Part shown: positions 36,566 to 45,906 of the stretch, in pieces
Layout: every line of letters begins with the position of its first letter
How positions within the stretch are numbered: position 1 is the first letter of the stretch
Source: Octopus sinensis
Lineage: Eukaryota
Direction of reading: 5' to 3'
DNA length: 45,906 bases
Assembly (NCBI RefSeq): GCF_006345805.1
Contig: NW_021834805.1
Span: forward strand, 1-45,906
Program-made: the position numbers and the translations under genes
Notes under the pieces: generated by a model
Database searches by the model: none
Seen by the model: the letters and a program-made list of their open reading frames with translations, nothing else
What the model was told of the DNA's origin: nothing

Positions 36566-37875
36566 CGAGGTAGTATCAAAAAGTTCCCGGACTAGTTATG
36601 TTTAATAAAAAATGACTTATTTACTTACTAAGTTTTAACATCATCTTCGAAATAGTCACCTTGTGTGACAATACTCTTGTCTCAGCGTTCCTGCTTCTTT
36701 TGGAATCCAACCTGAAAGTTGTTTTCCATAAGTGAGTTGAAGACCTTCTGTGATTAGAAGTATTAGAACCATGACCATTGAGCTGCATTTTCATCTTGGG
36801 AAATAGATGGAATTCTGCAGGTGCTAAATTTGGCGAACATGGTGGGTGTGGAAGTCATACCATGTTATTTTGAGGGAGAAACTCACGAGTGAGGGGAGCT
36901 TGGTAACAGGGTACACTGTTATGAAGAATCCAATTCTTCACACTCCATAAATCTGGTTGCTTTCACCAAATGTCCCTTCCTCAAATGTTTCAAAATATCA
37001 CAGAAGTTACAATTGACAGTCTGGCTCTGGAGGATGAACCCTCAATGCACAATATCACAGATGACGAAGAAAATGATGAGCATGTTGTTGATTGAGCTGT
37101 GACTCTGTCGTGCCTTCTTCAGTCATGGAGATGAAGGGCTCTTCCACTGTGATGACTGCTGCTTTGTCTCAGGGTCAAACCTGTAGGCTCAACTCTTGTA
37201 ACTGGTGATGATCCTTGACATAAAAGATGAGTCATCAGTGGCATGCTGACGAAGATCTTGACAAACTTCAACATGATACTCTTTCTGCTCTGTAGGTGAG
37301 AGACAAACTTGGCAGAGACACACCACATGTTCAATTCAGATGTTAGGATGGCCTGCATGGACCCATACACAGACCAACGACATCAGCAATGTCATTGATT
37401 CCTCCGACACAGCCCTCATGCACAAGCTGAGGAATTTTCACCACTTTCCTGGGGGTGATTCTTGATGCAAGTCTTCCAGATTGCTCAGTGTCTTTCAGGA
37501 ATGTTCTTCCACTTTTGCAGCGCCTGTACCACTCAAAATATTGTGTATGATCCATTGCTTTGTTACAAGAAGCCTGCCAGAGCTTGCTCAATGTCTCTGT
37601 AGCAGACTTCTCAAGTTTAACACAAAAAGTTTAATGCAAAATTTCACGTTGGCTCTTCGTTGAAACTTCATGTCTGTGACAAAATTATAGACTACAGAAT
37701 ACATATGACCACAAAAACACAAATTTCACAACTTGTAATGTAAACACAGTGATACCATTTGACACACTACTTTGAGAAGGTCACTACTTCACAGCTTTCA
37801 TTGCACATGCAACTGTATGCTGCCAACTGCTGACACACTGCAGAACCAGTTTGGGAACTTTTTGATACTACCTCA
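36566..37875 (-). mobile_element. Full-length (1310 bp) mariner transposon with inactivated transposase
   Basis: TIRs CGAGGTAGTATCAAAAAGTTCCCGGACTAGTT and, as reverse complement, TGAGGTAGTATCAAAAAGTTCCCAAACTGGTT, each flanked by TA. Remnants YFEWYRRCKSGR, VSAKFVSHL and DPETKQQS. Confidence 0.92.
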
Positions 37876-37964
37876 TATCTTACTGATGGATAAACATGTG
37901 TTTAACTGAACAGTAATTGTCCATTTTTATTATTATTGTGTGTATGTATGTGTGTGTTAATGTA

Positions 37965-38850
37965 TCATCATCCTTTTAATACCAAATGTTCCATGCTCAC
38001 ATGGAACTGTGGACATGAAGACAGATTTCTTATAACCAAGTGCCTTTCCTAATGACAAACTCGCTATTTCCAGTAAGGTAATATTTCCCTATTGACCAGA
38101 CAAGTTTTCAAAGACGATTGGAAATAAAAGGCACTATATGCATGATAGTGTCATTCATCACATAATGTTAAGGCAAGGAGACAGTAACATACACACATAC
38201 ATACATCTAAGCATACATATGGTAGGATTCTTTCAGTTTTTACATGGCACTGGCAGCAGTAACATCACTAAGTCAGTAACTTGCAAGGCAAGACTCCTCA
38301 ACTGAGAGGAGGAAGAGTATCAAAAGAAGTGGTTTTGTGCTAAGTGATAAGATAGAGTATGAATAGAGGGACAGAAATAACTGCTTTGCAGTAGAGGAGA
38401 TGCATGGCTACCTCAGCTGGAAAAAGAAAGGGTGAGAGAGATGATTATGTGATGGGGGGGGGAGTGCACTCAAGTTACAGGGAGGTGTAAGTGATTGGAT
38501 AGGGTGAGTGGATGGGTAAGTTTATGAGAATGCAAAAGAAGAGTGAAAGGTGGAGGGGAAGGTCTGTAGCAAGTGGACACAAGCAGACAGAAGTGGAATG
38601 TTAGGAGGATATGTTGTTGGGAAGAGATTTGATGGGGACACATTTTATGCAGGTAGGTTTGCAAAGGTGCAAAGGGAGAGTGGGAGATAGAGGGGAGGGG
38701 AATACAGTGAGTGGTGAATATGGGTGGAAGGGGGGAGGTTTTGTTTGGATGTGGGAAGAAGCTTGCCTGGAGCATAGACATAAATGACATGCCTTAATTG
38801 TCCTGATTTTACTTAGCTGGATGAATCTTCTCAAGCACAGCGAATCACCA
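37965..38850 (-). mobile_element. Degenerate RTE-derived 3' region with a purine-rich spacer
   Basis: catcatcc..ccatgct tail, gtgcctttcctaatgac, and cttctcaagcacagc. It resembles 26905-28090. Confidence 0.5.
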
Positions 38851-38859
38851 ACTGTTTCA

Positions 38860-39035
38860 CAGGGGTTTTGTTGATTACAATGACTCCAGTACTTGAGGGG
38901 TACTTACTTTATCGACCCAAAATGATGAAAGTCAAAATCACCTTCAGGTGGAATTTGAACTCAGGATGTAAAAACCAGAAATGCTGCTAAGCACTTTGCC
39001 CAGTGCAGTAATGATTGAGCCAGCTCACTGTCTTA
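38860..39035 (-). mobile_element. SINE-like copy of the family clustered at 30.3-31.9 kb
   Basis: tttatcgacccaaaatgatgaaagtcaaa..ggaatttgaactcagg. Confidence 0.7.
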
Positions 39036-39599
39036 TATGGAAATAATAATAATAATCAAAAAACAGTATGGTATTCAATGCTTTATAGGATATATAAGTA
39101 TTTCAACAAAATTCTGAATTAACTATTTAACATTTGTAGAAACATTATACAATTTTACATTTGACCTCATCAGTATCTCTCAATAAATACAACAGATTTA
39201 AAGCTCCAAGTATATACACTTTTCCCAATAATAATAATAGTGTATAGGAGTTTTGACATCTGTGGCTGCCTAATGTTTCTACAAATGTCATATAAATACT
39301 TTGGCATTTTTCGGAAACACATGTATGTCTAATAAAGTGATGGATACCATACTGGTTTTTTAATTATTACTATTATCATTGTTTTTGTTGTTATTTGGCT
39401 TGTATTCTGCACAGTAGCCTACCCCAAGTTTGATGCCCTGTATCATAATACATTGGATATTAGTGTGAAGTGCGGAACCCACAAATGAGCCTGATCTTTG
39501 GCGACATATCGTACTTTACAGCGTCTTTCTTTTAATATATACTAGTGTGAACAAGCTATCTTCAAGATAGCATGTCTTACATTGGTTTGATATCATTGT

Positions 39600-39639
<40 letters not shown>

Positions 39640-40369
39640 ATAAAAATATGCAACAAGGGTATACAGAAGTAATGCAGTACAATCGTTTCACGTAATTCCA
39701 TTTAATTGAACAATGCAATCATTACATCAATTTAAATGCAGAGCAATCCTCAGCTGCACAAAGAGATAGAATTTAATTAAATTAAATCAGATGGACACAT
39801 TAGTATAATTTTACATTAAATCTCCAAGAAGGTAAGGAGATTTACAGAGAACATGCTGTCTTCACTTCAGCTTAGAAGCTACTTAGGTATCAGGAAGAAA
39901 GACTTGTTACAGATTTTGCTTGTCACTGTTTTATGGGTCAGTTTTAATTTATAGACTAGTTATCAAATATTTGTATATCTAAGGCCAAAAGAGCAAGGAG
40001 TAGTGCCTGTTAGGAAGTGGGATGAGGGAATCAACAGAAATCATAGTGGGTATAGTCATAAAAAACTATCAAGATTATTTTGAAGCAGTATCATAAGATT
40101 TGGTAAAGGAAATCTGAAATCAAGATTTTAGTAGCCAATTAAAGGGGCAGGCCGCTATTAGACCATTTAAAATGAAACAGGGGAAATCTTATGTGGTACT
40201 ATAGTTAAAAATTTGAAACATTTTAAACAATATTTCCATATTGTATAAAGTTAAAATTTAGGGTTATTCAGAAGAATATTAAAACAAAAGGATGAAAAGA
40301 TTTTTTTGAATACTTTTGAGTATATACCAAACTTTTACCACATTAGAGGGAGGAAAAGAAGTTATCTCA

Positions 40370-42245
40370 TAATAGCTTAATATTTATACTTATTATATAC
40401 TTAAATACGAACTTATCAGATTGTATCTATGAAGATTGATCAATTAGTATATACTGGTATTTAATAAAGGTGTACTGAGGTAAGAGAGCATGCTAACTAT
40501 ATATTAATTAAATTATAATCTAAGCAGTTTATTTTAAGTAGTGAATATACCAGTATTGTTTTGTATATGCTCAGTATGAATTTATAGAGGTACAAAATTA
40601 GATTCATTTTATAAATAAATAAAGGCTATTTTAAAATAATAGATAATAAAATAATCAGGTAGGGCAGAACACCATTTTCTCCTAACCACTCAGTTGAAGT
40701 CGACTCTCGGTCACTCGTTGGATCAGTGTCCTCCAGTCAGTTCTATCCTGGGCCGCTTCTTTCAGACTGGCTATGTCCATTCCGGTATCACTCTTGATGG
40801 TGTCAAGCAAGCAGGTTCTCGGTTGGATTCTTCCTCTCTTGCCACTGACCATTCCGAGCATGATGTCCTTCTCCAGGGATTTTCTCCGCATAATATGACC
40901 GAAATATGCCAATCTATGCTTGGTGATCCTAGCTTCTAGCAACATTTCCGACCTTATCTGCTTAAGAACTTCTCCATTGGTGAGCCTCGCTGTCAATGGA
41001 ATCCGTAAAAGTCTTCTCCAACACCAAAGCTTAAATGCATTAATTCTCTTCTGGTCAGCTTTCTTTAGTGTCCATGTCTCGCATCCATATGTTGCTATTG
41101 GGAAGACAATTGCATTCACCAATCTGCATTTGGTAGCGAGTCTGATGTCTCTACTCTTCCAGACCCTGCTCATGCTGACCATTGCCTCTCTGCCTAGTAC
41201 TATCCGCCGTCTTATTTCTGGAGTGCAGTCACAATCTTGATTTATTTTGGAGCCAAGGAAGATGAAATCATCAACCACTTCATTCTCTTCATTATCGATC
41301 ATGATGCTGATGTTTGTCATGGCTGATGTTGACATGATCTTTGTTTTCTTAACATTGAGGTACAGCCTAAATTTCTCACTCTCTTTCTTGACCAGCAGGA
41401 CAAGATCCTCCAGATCCTTACCACTCTCCGCCAGCAGGGTTATATCATCTGCATAGCGAAGGTTATTAATATTTCTTCCTCCAATCCTAACTCCAATGCT
41501 GCTATCCTCCAGGCCTGCATTCCTCATGACCTTTTCAGTGTACATGTTGAAGGCTGCTGGTGACAGGATGCAACCTTGCCGATATCTTAATCACTAACAA
41601 CATGACAAAGTAAATATACCTTATTGACATCATTAGAGAAGGTTTAAAGAAAATGTATAATAATTTAAGTATACTAAACTAAAATTAAATCTTTATTTAT
41701 TAAGCTAGGATCAATAAAGACTGATACCTGGTATTATCTAAAGGAATATTGATGTTATAGGGCATACTAATTCCATACTAAATTTTAAAACTAAGAAATA
41801 TATTATAAGCTTTAGAAGATATTATTCTTACTCCATACATAATATTTATAGTTTCTTAGGGGTACTTAATTTGAAAGGCTACTTATATAAAGGCCTATAT
41901 AAATATTAAGATCAGGAGGGCAGAACACTTTAAAATCATTAGGTAGGGTAGAACACCATAGAAAAGTACATAAAATAGCTTAATCACTAAAAATAATGAT
42001 GAAGTATATACACAACTTAGTAACATCAATAGAGAAGATTTATAGAAAATGTATACAATTCAAGTATTTAAAACTAAAAATAGTTTATTTACTTATTCAG
42101 CTTTTATCTCTAAAGACTGTTACCCTGTATTAGCTAAAGTAATAATGTTGTAGGACATGCTCACTATATACTAATTTTGAGCAAAGAAGTTTCTAATAGG
42201 TTTTAAATTTCAAGATCAATAAAGTGCTACTTTCTAAAATATTTA
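40370..42245. repeat. Degenerate AT-rich tandem repeat (about 300-390 bp units) interrupted by an RTE fragment
   Basis: cttaatcactaa..catca.tagagaag.ttta.agaaaatgtata occurs at 41586 and 41979. aggtaggg.agaacaccat occurs at 40657 and 41941. Confidence 0.6.
40682..41583 (-). mobile_element. RTE/BovB-type LINE 3' fragment with an open RT C-terminal frame
   Basis: RQGCILSPAAFNMY, NNLRYADDITLL, FIFLGS, ATYGCETWT, LAYFGHIMR; the 287-aa ORF has no stops. Confidence 0.92.
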
Positions 42246-42452
42246 AAGGTACAGGTGACACTATGTACATATGATACCCTAAGGTCTAATCAATTATTAA
42301 TCAGGTTGCCCTTATCTTTTTGCTTAAAAATTTCATGTTTCCATAGAGAACAGCTCACACCCATATCTGCTATTTCCTTCAATTTCCAAATTTTACTGGA
42401 TAATAACGTACAAATTGCTTTATACTTAAGTTTAAAGGATGACAGGTAGTTG

Positions 42453-42510
42453 TATAGACGCCGTTTCATATTAATCAAACAACTGATATATATAAAATCA
42501 TTAGTTGTAG
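42453..42510 (-). ncRNA. Highly degenerate hammerhead-like motif, inverted relative to the adjacent PLE ORF
   Basis: Minus strand reads CTAATGA-(30 nt)-GAAAC-GGC-GTC. G5 is mutated and stems I and II are poor. Confidence 0.25.
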
Positions 42511-42569
42511 TTTTTATTGTACAGTTATATATCACGTTCTGGGTAAGATGTAAGCAGAAAGCGAATTGT

Positions 42570-43900
42570 ACTTTAACATCCTCTCCAATCTGCATATCTA
42601 ACCTCTCTTCCACTGAGGAAATTTTCAATAATCACGCACCATATTACACACAAGCACTTGCTGCTAGTGGCATTTTCCAACAAATAGAATACATCCATAA
42701 CACCAAGCTCAAACAATATATATTTCAAATCACATCTCAAACACCCACCAACCATCATAACGACCAACCACACACACTCATTGATGGAACCCAGGAAGGT
42801 CTTACACCAAGGCAACCTAGATCCCACATACATACATTTAACACTAGGTCAAAAACTAAAACAACTAAAACAGCTAATAACAAAAGGCTTCACTGCCCAC
42901 ATACATTCTACAAAAGTATAGATAGCACTTCTTTATCTAAAAACTTTGATAGCACTACATCCAGACACTCTAAAATAAGTGGCAGATGCGCCATTCTGTG
43001 GTACATACCCCCATTCTCACTTAACTTTAAGAACTTAGCTGAATCCTTCTTTAAAATACTAGACTCTAACTTCCTTCAGAAACATAAATATCATTCTATC
43101 TTTATTAGATCCACTCTGAAACTATCTTATTCTGCCCCACCCAATTTTGAATCTATTGTAGCAGCCTCTAATAAGCACTTTACTATCAAAACTCACATAA
43201 TTACAACTCTAGTCATAAGAACACTCAACATATACACAGCTCCAGCACAGATGCCCTTACATTAGACCACAACCACAACCCAACCCATCCTACTGACACT
43301 GCCCAGAACACCACCACAATTTCTACCACTCTTACAAATAGTACAATTAATAACAACAATAGTAATAATAACAATGACATTAATGATAATGTTAATAATA
43401 CTAATAATCTAGAATCTTCGACCCCCTTCTCTAACCTCTCCTCTGATAATATTACCTCCTCCATTCCTGAACACATTCCCCAAAATTCACTTAATTGTAC
43501 CTGCCATCCTGGAATCATCTGCCTGTTACAAACCCATTGCAGAAGATATAATGTAATTTATAAATGCACTGTCCTTAATATATTACACAACTCTACAGCC
43601 ATATACATAGGATCAACCCAAAATTTTAAGCAGCGATATGCCGCTCACCTCCATTCTTTTAGATATGATAAACATAGTAAATCTACAGCACTCGCCAACC
43701 ATATACATCATCTCAAAAATACAAATATACCCTACTGGATTTAGGGCATCCCTACAGAGGTCAACGCTCAACCAGCTAGCTTTGCCTGAAGGAGGCACTT
43801 CACATATTAAAGCACAACTATCCAACACTGCTAAATAAACATAATGAGGCACTAAGCACATGCAACCACCACTTTTTTCACACATTCAAATTCTTCCACA
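42570..43900 (+). pseudogene. Penelope-like element 3' part (post-RT linker, Cys-rich segment, GIY-YIG), degenerate
   Basis: ISNLSSTEEIFNNHAPYYTQALAASG; ILWYIPPFS..KHKYHSIFIRSTLKLSYS; LNCTC..ICLLQTHCRRYNVIYKCTV..IYIGST..FKQRYAAHLHSF. Confidence 0.8.
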
Positions 43901-44821
43901 AATCCAAATGCCTAAATGACCATACAGCATATTTCCACAGTACCCCTTAGGTAATCCCAATAACCTTATAAATGTGTGTATGTATATATGTATGCAAGGT
44001 ATATATACCTGCGTGTATAGGGGCGATAATACTTACAATTACATGTATGTATGGGTCTACATATACATATGAGTACGTGTTGTATGTGTAGGTGTTGATA
44101 TGTATAAATATCTATATTAATATATGCATGTGTATACCTGTTTATATATATATATTCTTCTACTACTAAGCATAGACCAGTCCTCTAACCAACCTAACCT
44201 ATATTCTCAAATTCTTCATTCCACCAATTTACTACTCTTACCCCCCTCTCTCAGCCCCTCACTTAGGCTCTATCACTACCTTCCTGACAATCCTTTACTC
44301 TTTACACTCCCATACCTATCTCTCTCTATCACCAATCAACCCCCATTCCTTCTATCTGACACTCTTTACACTTTACCCTATCATCTTTTTACACTCTCAT
44401 ATCTTTCTCCCTTTATCACCCCACCTCCCTATTCCTACTATCAATTTATCTTTTATATACTGACCACTAACCAGTATATTTTCCCCTCTTCATCTCTTTA
44501 TTATCTCTCTCCCCACTTTTTTTTCTTTTTTCTTTTCTTTGTTCCTATCCTCCTGGTTTTGATTTGATGTTACAAATACATTACCAACTTTTAAGTCACT
44601 TTAAATAAAACCCTCAATTTAATAACAATGTGTACAAACTCTATACTTGGAGTGACCAACTTTAAATATTATTGGAACTTACTCACAAGGTACTGGACTC
44701 TTATATGTATACCATTCTGCCCAAATAATGGATCTACAGATGCAACATCCCTACATATCTCATGTCTATTTTCATTCCTCCACTCTTTGTTTCATATCTA
44801 TGGCTTAACCATTTTCTTACA

Positions 44822-45906
44822 CTGTCTTGCAGTGTTTCTACAGCTGGATGCCCTTCCTTATGCCAACAAGTCAGAGCATAGTGGGTGCTTTTTATGTACC
44901 ACTGGCACAGGAGCCAGAGGAGCTGGCGTTGATCACAATTGGATGATGCTTTTTACATGCCACCAGTACAGAATTCAGTCAAAGCGGCACTGGCATTGTC
45001 CACGTCCGGATGGTGCTTTTTACATGCTACCAGCAAGGGGTTTACAACTACAATTTCCATTTGATCTAATTTTGATATTGCTGTTGATGTTTATGTACTT
45101 GACTCAATAGATCTCCTCAAGCATGGCATGTCACCCTACGATCCAAAGTACTTTTGAGTGGGCTGGTTATGCGACACTGGTGTAGGTTACAGCTGTGGAC
45201 TCATTTTATTTGCTGGGTCTTCTCAGTTACAGCATACCTCCAAAGGTCTTGGTCTTTTGTCACTGCCTCTGTGAGGCCCAATGTTCAAACGTCATACTTC
45301 GCCACCTCATCTCATATCTTCCTGGGTCTACCTCTACCCCGGATTCCTTCCACTGTTTGGGAGTGGCACTTCTTCACGCAGCTCTCCTTGTCCATCTGTA
45401 GTACATGACCATACCAATGCAAACGTCTCTCTTGCATGCCATATCCAATACTTCTTATGTCTAACATATCTCTCAGGGAGCTTACACACTGTTATGTGTT
45501 CACACTGGCATTACACATCCAGTGGATCATGGTAGCTTCATTTCTTTCAAGCCTACACATGTCTTCAGCAGCCATGAAGTATGGCAGTTCGCACACATGC
45601 ATCATACAATCTACCTTTCACTCTGAGTGAGAGACCCTTTGTCACCAGTAGGGGTAGAAGCTTTCTGAACTTTGCCCAGGCTATTCTTATTCTAGTGGCA
45701 ACACTCTCTGAGCATCCACTCCCCACTACAGACTTGGTCACCTAGATAGTAGAAGCTATCAACTACTTCTAGTTTCTTCCCCTGGCATGTGATGGAATCT
45801 GATTTCTGAGCATCTGTGGTGTTGATTGCCCCTGTGCATCTGCTGCATGTGAAAGCTATCTTCCTGGTTAATCTCCCTTTCATGTTGCTGCACCGCATAT
45901 GTGTCC
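44822..45906 (-). mobile_element. RTE LINE 3' portion, continuing beyond the window
   Basis: cagctggatgcccttcct motif and RCSNMKGRLTRKIAFTCSRC..LEVVDSFYYLGDQV, colinear with 13660-14780. Confidence 0.9.

Noticed and set aside
44124-44567. 147-aa hydrophobic ORF
   Set aside because: Pyrimidine-rich low-complexity sequence downstream of the PLE with no domain features.

Overview
AT-rich, microsatellite-rich animal genomic DNA. The RTE and SINE families look like those of Octopus (inferred from recognition, not from a search). Most of the window is nested transposon debris: RTE-clade LINEs, one near-intact CR1-group LINE, Penelope-like elements (PLEs), two Helitrons with PIF1 remnants, a full-length degenerate mariner, a Chapaev-like transposase, a Gypsy integrase fragment and tRNA-derived SINEs. 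The only host gene evidence is on the minus strand: two symmetric phase-1 Ig-domain exons and a candidate 26-nt microexon of an immunoglobulin-superfamily cell-surface protein. The most notable structures are (i) several minimal hammerhead-ribozyme-like motifs with palindromic stem III in PLE-type termini, (ii) a PLE with long inverted arms at 1.3-4.7 kb, and (iii) a roughly 2 kb ancestral inverted-repeat element with a hammerhead-like motif at each outer end, inflated to about 20 kb by nested insertions whose empty sites can be rebuilt from the sequence. All coordinates were read by eye, so repeat boundaries are approximate.
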